A stretch of DNA of 64,000 nt from Batkoa obscura (taxonomy: Eukaryota). Numbering within the stretch: the first letter of the stretch is position 1; every line of letters starts with the position of its first letter. The DNA is taken from positions 248,001 to 312,000 of the forward strand of contig JASVEC010000028.1 in assembly GCA_030770535.1 (NCBI GenBank). The letters are read 5' to 3'. Position numbers and translations under genes: made by a program. Shown here one piece after another: positions 36,345 through 49,476 of the stretch. The notes under the pieces were generated by a model. It was not told the origin of the DNA and did not search any database. It was given only the letters and a program-made list of their open reading frames with translations.

Positions 36345-37563
36345 ATGGCATTAAATTCAATCAATACTACTACTGTCAATGGTGAACTCATAAAAGAAAA
36401 TAAAAAACCAGAGTTCGATTTTGGTAGTTCGGGTACCACTAGTGATGCTGAAATCAATGAAGTTAACGGACAATTCAACAAATTAGATTTAAATAAAAGT
36501 TTACAACCACATAGTATGTTAAGAGTTAACTCTGCTGTAGATTTAGATGGTTTATCATGGCCTAGTAAGTGATTGTTATTCTCAATTGTTTAATTGTTTA
36601 AAATTAGTAACTAACAAGAAAAATATGTTTGTTTTTGTATTTTCTTTACTAAAATTTTGTTTCAATAGGTAAAGGTACACGTCAAAGAAGTAATGAAACA
36701 GAAGAACAAAAACAAAAGCGATTAAACAAATTAGCTGAAGCTGTTAAAACCATGTTAGAATGTGTTGGTGAAGATCCAGAAAGAGAAGGTATATTAAAAA
36801 CACCAATGAGATATGCTAAAGCTATGTTGTTCTTTACTAAAGGTTATGAACAGAATATTAAAGGTAATTGTTATAAAGTTTGAGCACTAAAAAACTATTC
36901 TAATAAATTTTATATATAGATTTAATTAATGATGCTATGTTTAATGAAGGTAAAAGAGAGTTTATTATTTATTGTTATTTTAATTTAACTTTTAATCTTA
37001 ATTTTGTTATTTAGATCATGAAGAAATGGTAATTGTAAAAAACATTGATATATTTTCTTTATGTGAACATCATTTAGTACCATTTACTGGAAAGGTAATA
37101 ACCTATTTTTATTAATCAATAATACACTCAATCTAATAATAATAATATAGATCTCAATAGGTTATTTACCTAATGGAAAAGTATTAGGATTAAGTAAATT
37201 AGCTCGTATAGCAGAAATGTTTTCACGTCGATTACAAGTACAAGAAAGGTTAACTCGTCAAATTGCCGAAGCTTTAGATGAAATTCTTAAACCTCAAGGG
37301 GTGGCTGTTGTTATGGAATCTAGGTAAGTTAATCTCTTTCTTTTTTATATCTTACTATTATCACAATGATCGTAATTTGAAATTTGTTGATTTAATTCAT
37401 CTTATTAATTATTAATTAACATTCTATTTAATATAGTCATCTTTGTATGGTAATGAGAGGAGTACAAAAACCAGGATCTTCAACAGTTACTTCTTGTATG
37501 TTAGGTCAATTTCGTAAAGATCCAAAAACAAGGGAAGAATTTTTATCCCTTATTAAACATTAG
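36345..37563 (+). CDS. FOL2: GTP cyclohydrolase I (6 exons)
   Basis: [70 protein letters not shown]. Confidence 0.95.
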
Positions 37564-37788
37564 AGTTATAATATTATCAATCAATTTAATTGTTTTATTT
37601 CTGTTATATTCAAATACCAATAACATTCAATTATTCATTTTTCAAATATATAAATAAGAAGGATAGGTTTTAGAGTTTTATTAAGCTAATAAAAATATAA
37701 GATTTATAAAAAAAAGGAATCTACATTTTATAAAGTAATTATTATATTTTCTTATTTATATTAATTTATATTCATACAAAATTTATAT

Positions 37789-39370
37789 TTAATAAATAAC
37801 TACTTTATCCCCACCTGCCAAAAAAAACCAAAAAACAGCACCCAAGGATCGAATAAATGCAGCTAACCCAAAAATAGAGCCCCAACCATAATTGTTTTCT
37901 AGCATCCAACCAGTTAAATAAACAGCTAATTGACCGGGTAATGTAGCAAATGTATTACCCAAAGCAAAAATTAAACCTGCATGATTAGGCGCAATATCAT
38001 GTTGATTAGTAGATAAAGAAGCTAGGGTTAAACCTGATAATCCCATTGTTAAAGTTAACATTAACAAAGCCATATTAATGTTTTTATCTTGATAGATGGT
38101 TAAGATCATAAAAATAGAAGGGCCTAACATACCGATTATTTGAAACCAAAGTCGAAGTTTGGAAACTGGAATATTTTTTGATTTTTGTAAATAATCCGAA
38201 TAAAACCCTGCACAAATACCTAGAATTCCTTGAGCAGCATAAGGTAATGCTATGAAAGATAGGGAAGTTATTATTTAATTTGATAGAAAATAACGAATAG
38301 AAAATAAATTACCTGAATAAACCCCTAATTCTGTTATTTCTTTTTGAAATGTTTGTTGAAAATAAGTAGGTAACCAATTAATTAAGATATAAAAAGACCA
38401 TGAGGAACAGAATTGATTAGTTAATATAGCCCATACTTCTTTACTTGTAAATATTTTTATCCATGGAGCGGAGATTATATCTTGATAGAATAAATGGAAG
38501 ACACTTTTATTTACAGTCACAGTTTCTTCATTGCTTTCCTATAGGTATTTTAAATAAGAGTAATAAATTCAAATTAATTAAATTTACTAAACTTTGATAA
38601 TCTTCATAAATCCTACTCTCAGGTTGACTTTTACCAGAATAAAACCAAATCAAAGTCCATACTAAACTCATCATACCAAAACAATAAAATATCCATTTCC
38701 AATTTTCTTCTGTTGCTAAAGGTGCAGCTATTAAAGCAGCTAATGGTGAACCTGCATAAGAAAAGGAAGTTAATATTGATACGGCTGTTGATCGTTGGTT
38801 TTTTAATACCCACTTTGATATGATGGAATGAGAAGCTGGGAAAGATACACCTGATTACAGCGGTTAGAAAGAGGCTATTGTAAATGTAAAAATAGATAAT
38901 AATTGATTACCTTCTCCTAAACCTAATAAGATTCGAATTAAACACAATCCGCCCACACCCCGACTGGAAAATAATGGGGTGATTAAAGTGAATATGGTCC
39001 ATGACAAACCAGCTTTAAAATAATAAGAAAAAAAGTATCTAAAAAGATAATAAATTACTACTTACCAAAAATTAAGATAGATTTACCACCATATTTATCT
39101 GCCAAAATACCACCCAATATTTGAGTAACAATATAACCATAAAAAAAAGAACTTAATATTAAACCTTGTTCAGATAAGTTCCAATGAAATTGTTTTGCCA
39201 TTGGGATAATGGCTAAAGCTAAATTGGAACGATCTATTTTTTCATTTATTCATTTGTTTTTTTATAATATAATTACAGGTTTACTCTATACCTGCATAAC
39301 TGATTAATAGTCCTATAGATAATAGTAGGATGATTGTAAATTGTTGTTTAGTTAAGGTAGTGTTTAGCAT
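37789..39370 (-). CDS. MFS anion:cation symporter (SLC17/sialin-like), multi-exon
   Basis: ISYADRSNLALAI, LSSFFYGY, GGILADKYGGK, GLGEGVSFPA, WLPTYF, DIAPNHAGLIFALGNT. Confidence 0.88.
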
Positions 39371-39445
39371 TGAGAAATGAGTATTCTTGAGTAGATGCTA
39401 GTGGATTTTAGTTGAAAGTTTAAAGTGACTGTTGATTCAATTGGC

Positions 39446-39778
39446 TCCTCTTTTTGGAAGGAATTTTTTATTTGAAATTTTAATCTTTGAAAAAATAGCT
39501 AATCAGATTATTAGTATTTTGGATTTTAAATAAATGTAATTTTAAGCAAAGAATTAAAATTTAAATTTTTTTACAAAATGGAACAAATATTATGATTTTG
39601 TTTATAATTAATAATTTGAATGTTTAAAATTTTTTATATTTATTATTTTTTTAATACTTTTTTAAAAATTTGCTTCGTAAAAAAAATTTCATTTATTAAA
39701 AATCCAAAATACTAATAATCTGATTGGCTGTTTTTCCAAAGATTAAAATTTCAAATAAAAAATTCTTGCAAAAGAGGA
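39446..39778. repeat. Foldback element with ~100-bp inverted arms
   Basis: 39446-~39545 is the imperfect reverse complement of ~39670-39778 (GAATTTTTTATTTGAAATTTTAATCTTTG...AATCAGATTATTAGTATTTTGGATTTT). Confidence 0.8.
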
Positions 39779-39821
39779 CATCAAGGAATGAGTGTTTTTG
39801 GGTAAATACTAGTGCATTTTT

Positions 39822-40262
39822 TTAGTTTATTTGCCTTTTCTCAACCTTTATCTTTAGCAATGATTGCTGTGTCTCGACTGAACCAATAAAGAATTTACCC
39901 TCCAGGATTGTCATGTCAATCAGGTTATAAAGCTCTTTCTTCTCGCCCTTGAAATAAGCTGTTATGTGCTCCTTCTTGCTATCGTCTTTGTAAAAGCACC
40001 ACTTTCCATGATCAATTAAACCATTGTGAACTGAGTATTTTACATACTTCAACTCTTCATTTGGAATAATGTGTTTATAAAACATTTCACTAATTTTTAA
40101 GTCTGAGTTCACCTTTTTAATAACCTTTTGGTTTGTTTCCTTAAAGTTTGAGAAACTAAAGTTATACAATAGGCATAATACAAAAAGTAAAGTCAATTTA
40201 TCACTTTTGTTTGTATTCTTTTTAACAAGTTGAAAAACAAAAATAAAAGTAATTGCAGACAT
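39822..40262 (-). CDS. Hypothetical protein with hydrophobic N-terminus
   Basis: 146-aa ORF, long for this AT content; no recognised motif. Confidence 0.45.
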   Translation of the reverse strand: MSAITFIFVFQLVKKNTNKSDKLTLLFVLCLLYNFSFSNFKETNQKVIKKVNSDLKISEMFYKHIIPNEELKYVKYSVHNGLIDHGKWCFYKDDSKKEHITAYFKGEKKELYNLIDMTILEGKFFIGSVETQQSLLKIKVEKRQIN

Positions 40263-40873
40263 TCCACTATAGTAGTTTAGACTTGTTAAATGGCTAATGG
40301 ATTTTAGTTGTAAAACTTTCTATGTTAATATGGAAAGTTTTTTTATGAATAACGTTACAAATAAGATTATTAAATTTAACTTTGTATTTGAAAAATAAGA
40401 TGACGTTTATTAAATAATAATATTCAAAGTTATAGTGTTATGGATGATAGTCTAGGTTTTTCAGAAGCGGCTAAATAGAGCCAGAAGTATTATAATCAAT
40501 ATAATATTCATAAGGTTCAAATTATCAATATTGAGTTTTCATAGCCAGAATTTTTGAAGCGAATTCCGATTTTTGAGTTTAATTCAAATGAAATTTGATG
40601 GATTTTGAATCTGAGAATTGGCTAATTTCAGTTGAAAAGTTTAGTGACTGTTGATTTAATTGATTAGTTATAAAAATCATTGAAACAAATCAATTGTTAA
40701 TGCTCATCCTTATTGAGAAGTTGAGAGTTCGACTCTTCAGGAAAGTATCAGTTTGGACTTTGACAAGTACAACTTTGGATAGGATTTTTATTAGTTTGTC
40801 ATCTTGATACTTTCTAAAAGTTCTACATCTTATTATATAATGAACACATCATAGCTTCAAAAAAGCACTATAT

Positions 40874-40969
40874 GGGGATGTGTTTTTTTGTTTAAGAATT
40901 TTACTAGCAATCTTTCCGCTCAAATAGGGTTAAAAAATGGAAAAAGTGATGAAACCAAAAAACATCCCC
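40874..40969 (+). mobile_element. MITE family A copy
   Basis: GGGGATG...CATCCCC, ATAT TSD. Confidence 0.88.
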
Positions 40970-41146
40970 ATATAAAAAAGTATAAATATAAAACAAAATA
41001 TAAAACAAAATATAAATTTCGAAGATTTATTAAGATTATGTATAGTAAATTCCTAAGAAAGCGTGTCTTAAGATTTAAAGTAAACTAATTATATTATGTT
41101 GATATATTAAAAATAGCTATATTCTTTGTACAAAAATGGTATCAAA

Positions 41147-43739
41147 TTATCCCCAAATCATTCTTGCAAGTATATAGGTAGTAGAACCTAAAAATCTTAC
41201 CACAGCTAATACTGCCACAGCCCAGAAAAGGAACACAAGATAACCATTAAACAAGCCAGGTATATCTTCTTTGAGTTTGAAAAGATCAGCCCAATTGATG
41301 TTAGTAACCAAAATAATTAAAAGTGCATTACTAAACATCCATGAAAGAAGCATTCGAGTACGGAATTGCTTGTTAGAATCTTCTCGTTTGGTTTTAGCAT
41401 CCCTCTTTTTAACTTCTTCTTTAGGTTTAATTTTGAGTTGTTGGATTAATTTCTCGTAATTTGCATTGATATCCACTTGCTCTGTAGGTACTACAACATT
41501 AGCTACCTCCACACCTTGTGCATTAGTCTTAGACTGCACTCCTACTGCACCATGATCGCCACCAGTATCTCCTTTAGTACCCCAACTTACATCATGGGTA
41601 TTACTAAAAGCGTAAACCATTAAAATATTTGTAAATGAAGGAAGCAAGAGAATGTATTGAAGGAAGGAAGTAAACATATGCCAAGGCTCGAAGAACATAA
41701 AGGAAGCAACGAAATAAACACCATAAGTGGAAGCCAAAGAGATAACGATATCACGGAAATTTGAATTATGTACTATTTCACTACCGATGTCTTTTGCTTT
41801 AATATCTTTAACAGCTAAAAAGATGGTCCAGCATGTTAAATACATGATTATTATCATAATTAAAGCAAAGAAGATAACAACTAGAGTATAGGATGATTTG
41901 TAACCTTGTGGTCTATTACCAAGGGAAAGTACAAAGATGATAATGATCGATACAAAATAAAAGTATCTCAAAACTGGAAATATTATATCACCTTGCCCTC
42001 CAAGTGGATCTAATCCTTGCTCTTTTAATAATCTACTAGCTCCGCCCGTATAATTTTTACCAATATAATAAAAGGTAAGGTAAAAGTTAGCCTATAAAAT
42101 GAAAATAAGTTTGTATATTGTTAAATTTTGAACTTTTGCTTACCAAAGTGAACCAACTGAAACACATATTTACAAAGTTATAAAAGAATTCAAACATGAG
42201 TAAAATTTTACGGAAAAAGGAATGAGAAGTGCCAAATAATTGATAGAAATGGAAAGTTGCAAAGAAAGCTGCAAAGAAGGATCCATTTAACCAACGACGA
42301 CGTTGAGAAATAAGTTCTGGAAGGGTATCTGGAACATCGGTTTCTGCTTTAGCAGACTAAATAATTTTTAATATAAAACTTATAATTATAAAGCAATAAT
42401 TTACCTTAACATATTTTAATACCCATTGACAATTACGTTTTGCAACCAATTCAAAACAAAGAATACGATCTTCAGCAAGATACATATTAGCGTCAAAGAT
42501 ACCACCAACTGGGTTATCACCATGCATCAGTTCACCCTTAAAATAAGAAGCGAGTGGACCAACACCCGCTGATGAATTAGTTAAGGCAGCATAACGATAT
42601 GCAGAGAAAGCACCAGGTAAAACAGAGATATAACCAAAAACGGATTCCAATGGTTTATCAAGGATATTACTCATTTTGTACTCGAAATTTTGGGTGGCAA
42701 TCAACGGATTTAATAATTTATGCCACCCTTTTCCAAGTTCCGCATAAATTTCTCCACAAGCACCTCCCAAATTTGGATTCCTATCAAAGGCTTTCCAAAG
42801 GTGATAGATGGAAGTTCCACTTGGCTTGGTACCCACATCGATCAATACACATACATTTGGGTTTATAAGGGGTCCAAATGCATTAAAGAACCAACGATGT
42901 GAGTTTAGTTTTTTGGCATTCTTTTCTTTAAGACAAAAAATGACTTGAACAGGTACAAGGCCAGAGTCAGCACCGCGGATATTTAAATCGGAGTCCACCA
43001 CAATTTGAGTAGTATACTCATAAATATGGGCGGTTGTTGGCTTCCCATTGACGGAGTATTGAGCAATACCATCTTGATAAACACCCATAGCTGCAAGTAC
43101 TGTTAATACTCTTTCATTAATTTTAGTACGACCATCGGATACAACACAAACAACTACTTTTTGCCAGCCATTATCACCCCAGGTACGGGAACGATTACGA
43201 CGACAAAGATGGGCAATATTTTTCATTACTGAAGTCATGGTTTTAGTAAACAAATTCTCGTCTTCATTATACATAGTTAATACAATAAATAACTCAGTAC
43301 TACGACCGTATAAAGCAGGACGTAAAGTAAACCTATCTTTTAAAAAATCATCTGGGTCACAAGTAGCAGCAGTATATCTCATATGAGTAAATTCTTCACC
43401 CTCTTTATAAAAAGCGTTTTGTAAAACGGGATCAGGAACACGGCAATCAAGAACTAAATTACCGGAAGTAAGTGCAACAGTTCTCATACTTTTACGTCTT
43501 CTAGCTTGATATTCTTGAAACTTTCTGGAGTTTGGTGGAGGCGCTTGGCTTACATCATAAAGCTGGTTAAGCCTATCTTCATCATGTACGGGAGAGGGTA
43601 TATCGAAACCCACATTCTTATTAGGATCCATTGAATTTAGAGGAATGGATTGATTGGAATCGGAACGATCTAAAAACTTTTCTTCTGTTGTATTATCAAA
43701 AGAAGAATTAAAGGGGTTCCCATTATTTTGGCCAGACAT
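41147..43739 (-). CDS. CHS: Chitin synthase, division 1 (class I/II-like), 3 exons
   Basis: [55 protein letters not shown]; introns ~42357-42402 and ~42092-42142. Confidence 0.95.
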
Positions 43740-44974
43740 TTTAAGGGTGAAAATGAAAAGGGATTGGATGAAACTTGAACGTTAAATCTCGAACTATTTA
43801 AGGTGGAGCCAATCCTTTAAAATTAAATAATGGGTTATTTTTATTTCTCAAGAAAGTAGTAACGGAGCTATTTCAGCCAATCAAATTAGGTTCTATTTTG
43901 TTATAAATGGATTTATTTGTTATGCTTAATGTGAGCCACTAATAATTTAAAATGAAAATCATATTAATTAATTGAGAATAGTAATTTATTATTTTACACA
44001 TTACATGATTAGATTTGTTTGTTTACATCAAAACTGTGATTAATTATATAATTTTACTTGACTATAAGTGAAGACATACAATTATTGTTCTTATTAAACG
44101 ATAAAGCAAAAATTAATAAAAACATATATCTTCTAATAACTTTTATTACAGTAAAGTTGTAACCAAATGTTTAAAATTGGCTCTATTTTGTAATATAAAA
44201 GGAGATAAATTGATTTTACTTAAACAAGTTAAATGTGTGCATTACTTTCAAATTACTTAAAACTAAAGTCAAGGTTAAATTCCTTTGCCATTGAAAATTT
44301 CCTTAGGATTCAAATATAATAATTGAATGTTATGCTTAAATTTAGTATGTATACTATAGACGATTTATATCGAAGCAATTTTTAAGATGGCTTAATTATA
44401 TGTAAAATTTATATACTAAGAGAATTAAATCATTGAAACAGTAAATCATAAAAATGCTTTTTAAAACCACTCTTGGCTGACTAGTTGATTAAATGTTGTT
44501 ATATTTCTATTATATATAAACTGTAACTCATGTATTCTTTATCAATTTATATTATAATAATATCATACATTGAATTTTAATTTATTAACACTGTAATGTA
44601 TTATCTTATTGATTTAAAAAAAGTAAATACACTGTTTTTTAAATGAATTCATCAAATTTAATTTACCGCTTCATGATGATTTAATTAAAATCCAAGAACA
44701 TTTTTAATCAAGCTTTATGATTTAAAATTGCTAAAAATAAAATAAAATAAAATAAAATAAAATGTATTGTATTGTGATCTTTTTAATATATTATGTATGA
44801 GCTTTGATCTTTAGAGCTTTTTTTATTTAAGTACTCATGTTATATTTATGGATCTATATTAGCATGCTAATAAAATATTCAAAATAATATTATGAAATAT
44901 AATTTATAGTTATATTTAATTTCAGTAATTGCATTATTAAAAATAAATATTTATTAAATTTATTTTAATTATAT

Positions 44975-45073
44975 GGGGATGTATTTTTTTGTTTAAGGAT
45001 TTTATTAGCAATCTTTCCGCTCAAATAACGCTTAAAAAATGGAAAAAATAATGAAACCAAAAAAAACACCTCC
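44975..45073 (+). mobile_element. MITE family A copy
   Basis: GGGGATG...CACCTCC, ATAT TSD, inside an LTR-derived fragment. Confidence 0.85.
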
Positions 45074-45161
45074 ATATAAACTAAAGCTTTTTGACTTATA
45101 ATAAATTATTACATAAAAAATATTTATTAATTTTTTTTAAACATTAAATTTTATATTTAAA

Positions 45162-45701
45162 TATAAAATTTTATTTTACCAGCTTTATAATTAATTATAG
45201 CATAATAACTACTTAAATTAATTTCAGGTGATTTTGCTATTAAAAGTTATTTGTATTTTCAAATTTAAGTATAATTAATTTAAAGTTTTTTATTTAGATT
45301 TGCTATAAAGATTTTTACTATTTAATTGCAAAAAATACTATTTTTATATTTCGGTGTTTATATTTAGTAATTATAATAAAAAATAATTGTTATTATATTT
45401 TCTATATATAATTATCTAGTTACAATATATATAAAATTATAATATAACAATTTAAAACTTTTATTAAATTATTTTTCAATATTATATTTTTTAATAAAAT
45501 TATTAAGTTGTATAATATTTTATATAAAATTTACAGTAATATTTTTTATTTTATTTGTTTTATATGGTTTATAGCTTATTATATACTGTTTTTATTAATT
45601 TAAGTTTATTTTAATTATATAAACTAAGATTTTTTAACTTACAGCTAGTTAGTTAAGCAAAAGTTACTTTTAATTCTAATCATTAAGTATTAACTTTCAT
45701 A
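45162..45701 (-). mobile_element. Degenerate, GC-depleted full-length copy of the solo-LTR-like element
   Basis: Termini TATAAAA...TTTCATA (from TGTGAAA...TTTCACA); colinear with 46058-46518. Confidence 0.65.
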
Positions 45702-45958
45702 ATTTTTACTACTTTTTAATGTTTAATTAATAAATTTTTAATAATTTTAAGCTTTTTTATATATTACTTTATTTAAATAGCTTTAATATATTTTTGAAAA
45801 CTTTTGTAGAACAAAACACTTAATATGTTTAAAATCTATGTTTAAATACTTTTAATAAATTAATTTAAAACTAAAACTAAAATTATAAAAATATTTATTT
45901 TTTTAAACTAATTTTTAATTTTTAAAATATAAAATAAAAGTAATAAAAAAGCTTTAAT

Positions 45959-46521
45959 GGAGGTGTTTTTTTAGCTTCATTACTTTTTCCATTTTTTAAG
46001 CACCATTTGAACAGAAAAATTGTTAGTAAAATTCTTAAACAAAAAAATACATCCTCATGTGAAATATTGGTTTATTTAGCTCTCAGATTGATTATAACAC
46101 AACAATCACTTAAGTTGTTGTATTCTCAAGTTCAAACACAATCAATTCAGAGTCCCTTATTTTGATTTGCTGCGAGAATTTATAACTTCATATTGCAAAC
46201 AATATTATCTCCTTTTAATATCCATACTTATTGGAGTATAAAAGAGATTCTTCAATATGATAACTCGAGGCTTTTTAATTGGATTACTCTCTGATAACGT
46301 ATCATTAATAAAGTCACTAAGTCTTTCAGACAACATCTTATATAGATTTTACGGTAGTATCTTCCATTGTATTTGTTTACATAATTCGTAGCTTATTACG
46401 TACTATTTCTATTGAGTTAAGTCTATCTTAGTTACATAAACTAAGACCCTTCGACTCAAGGCAAGTTAATTAAGCAAGAGTAGCTTTTAACTTCGACCAC
46501 TAAGTATCAACTTTCACACTC
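45959..46521 (-). mobile_element. MITE family A copy whose terminal repeat is split by solo-LTR copy 3
   Basis: Body 45959-46057 ends CATCCTCA, the LTR follows, then CTCATAT resumes at 46519. Confidence 0.8.
46058..46518 (-). mobile_element. Solo-LTR-like element copy 3
   Basis: TGTGAAA...TTTCACA with exact 4-bp TSD CTCA; closely similar to copy 2. Confidence 0.82.
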
Positions 46522-47728
46522 ATATATTATTTATATATTATTTTAATGCAAAATATTAGAAAAACTTTTTATAAAACTTTTTTTTAAATTTTATTATGCT
46601 TAATTTTATTATGCTTAATTTTAACATACTTTTTTTTTATAGCTTTTTATATAATTTATAGTTAGTATAAATTATTTTAACATTTTATGTAATTTATTCA
46701 TTATTATATATAAAAATGTTATTTTTATTTTTATTTTTATTTTTATTTTTATTTTTTAAGTATTATTAAGCAAAAAATCTTTTAATAGCTTTAAAAAAAA
46801 AAAGACATTTTTATATTACTTTTAGTTATATTTCAAAAATAATTAATTAATATAAAACTTTGCATATATTTTATTTATAACATATACAGTAAAATTATAA
46901 AAAAGCTCCCCTCCACATTTTTTTAATCCATCTATTCTTAAACTTTTTTACCTATTTTTATATTTTTAGAATGCTTTTAAAAAATAGCTCGTATGTTTTA
47001 TTTTGGTTTATTTCCAGCTTCTTTGTTCGACAAAAGCGGACAAATAAATGAAACTAAAGAAGATATCACATTATAGTATATATAAAATGTTCTGTTTTAC
47101 ACAAGCTGTTATAAAAAAAACATAAAAACCATTTTTCGAGAAGTGTAATTAATTCCTTAGTTTTCTTTATAACAATTTGACTTATTTTTATCTAAATAAA
47201 CATTGATTGTTTCCTAAATTCAATTAATTTTTATTTTTATTTTTATTTTTATTTTAAAAACTAAATACCCCAAGTGTTTTATTTGCAACAAAAACTTCTA
47301 ATACTTCAGTAACTGGCTTAAGGGACATAGGTCCATCAGTGGATGGCTTCTGGAAGGGAAGGAATAGTCTCCGGTAATTTTCTTCCCTTGGAAGAGTCAG
47401 ATTTAATCAACTTTTTAAAATTGAAAGAATTATCTTTATGTCAGCATTCCTACCATTGATGTTATTGGTTTGACTAAAAAGCTAAATAAATCGTATTTGT
47501 GAGAAGCATAAAATTACTAAATCACCTGAATCACTAAAATTAATTTTTAGAAAGTAAAGAATATAAATCAAAAGAACAAACGGTAAACTAAGAGCATATT
47601 TGTTAGTAATATATTAAAGGCAGCGAAATAAAATTCTATAAACTAGAAAAAAATTGTAACCTTTATCTTATTGACCTTATTGTTTTTTTATTTCAAAAAC
47701 TTACAAATAGTAACAGTTTTTATAAGCT

Positions 47729-49417
47729 ATGTTTGCATGTGTTGAGTGTACAAAAGGAAAAAGAAAATGCAGTAAAGAAAGTCCCAAATGCGAACGATGT
47801 AGGAGATTAAATAAGCCATGTAAGTACCCGAACGTGGATCCAAAATATAGGGGTTTAGAAGATAAGATTAAAAAAATTGAAGGGGAATTTCAATTAGTAA
47901 AAAACATCATATCTGGAAGTAAATTAATTAAAAATCAAAAAAAACAAGTTAATATTTATAAACTAGGTCATTTGGATTTATACACTGAATTGATTCAAGT
48001 ACATATGAAATATTTTAGTAACTTTCTTCCATTTATATCTGAAACAAGGATATTGTCAATATTTCCAAAAAAGTACCATACTTCCCCCTTAATTAACGCT
48101 ATCTGTATCCAACCCTATCAAAACTTATTATATAAAAAACACCCAGATAAGAAGGCCTTTTTACTTAAAGACAACCCATTTTACCAGAGGACGGAAGAGT
48201 TAATACCAGATCAATTAGAAGCTTTTTCAATAGAAATTATTCAAACATTATTATTGTTGGCCTTTTTGGAATGTGGCGAAGGGAAGTTTGCTATAGCTAC
48301 CATTCATTTAAGTAATTATTTTTTGTTATTAAACTTAAGTACTGACTTTTATTATAGCGCAAGCAATAAAGTGAGATTTGATTTTCAATTTAATAATAAT
48401 TAACATAATAATAATAATAATAATAGGAAAGCACAAGTTCTAGAATTAAATAAAGCATGCTCTAAAAGGCTGGATCAAGACTCAGATTTACAAGCTGAAT
48501 ATATAGCTACTTGGTCCATGTGCGTATTTGTAGATACAGTAGTATCCAATTTCTATGCTAAACCATCAATAGTACATTTACCAAAAGATTTTGAAAACTT
48601 ACATGAATCAATTAGGGAAGGCAAATTTATCAATCCCCATTTTGAATTCGATAATATAGATACCTCAACTATTCAATTTAAAGTAACTTAAATTACCATT
48701 TCTAAATTACTTGTTTAATTTTGTTAGGAAGGTAGTGAATATATCAATTTAATTACACAAAGGCTTGATTTAAAATTTAAAAACAAGCAGTCCGAGCTGT
48801 TATTACAATCAGTGTTTTTTGAAACAGCAGCGCAGTTGGTTTTTTATTGTTTCTGGCTCAAAAAATGCTATGAAGAGGGTAAGGTGAACCTTACAATGTT
48901 TTTAGGCCAAATAGAAAAATGTCTTAATTTATTAACTACATTAATACCCTTACCTTTAAGAGATAGCTTTCTTTTGAATATTAGAAATTGTAGTGAGAAT
49001 GAAAGATACTTTTATTATCATTTTTATATATTTATCACTCTATTAAGGATCTTTATAAGGCGGTCATTTCGATTTATTCTTCCTGATGATACAATTTTTG
49101 ACGTTCAAATATATAACGATATTGAAATGGTGTATAAAATACTAAATCAGCTAGGTAGTGATTTAATTGAAATTGCAAGCTTCTTTTTGGGTTCTTTTTC
49201 AACACTTTCAGTGTTTTGGATGATTGACAAGCCTCACTTTAAATCTTATACTAATCTGGCAATGGCCTACGATATATCTTATAGATGTTTCAAATACTGG
49301 CCATATTTATTTAACATACTTAAAACTCGAATTCATAGTGGTAATGCTGTTGAAACTATTAAGCAAACCTTTCCCGAAATCGAAAAATACCCTTTAGCTT
49401 ATGATTTTTTTAGTTAA
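47729..49417 (+). CDS. Zn(II)2Cys6 fungal transcription factor with middle homology region (4 exons)
   Basis: CVECTKGKRKCSKESPKCERCRRLNKPC; IIQTLLLLA; exons 47729-48311, 48358-48370, 48427-48682, 48728-49417. Confidence 0.88.
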
Positions 49418-49476
49418 GAACTTAAGCTTTTATAAAAAGTTTGCTATATTATATCTTAAATTTAATTTTATTGTTT

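Noticed and set aside
40700..40745. GAGAGTTCGACTCTTC T-arm-like motif
   Set aside because: No acceptor, D or anticodon stems could be built, so not called a tRNA.
40888..41088. 66-aa ORF
   Set aside because: Begins at a TTG inside a MITE and runs into an AT repeat.
41271..42902. Plus-strand ORFs 41271-41459, 42599-42868 and 42720-42902
   Set aside because: Antisense to chitin synthase.
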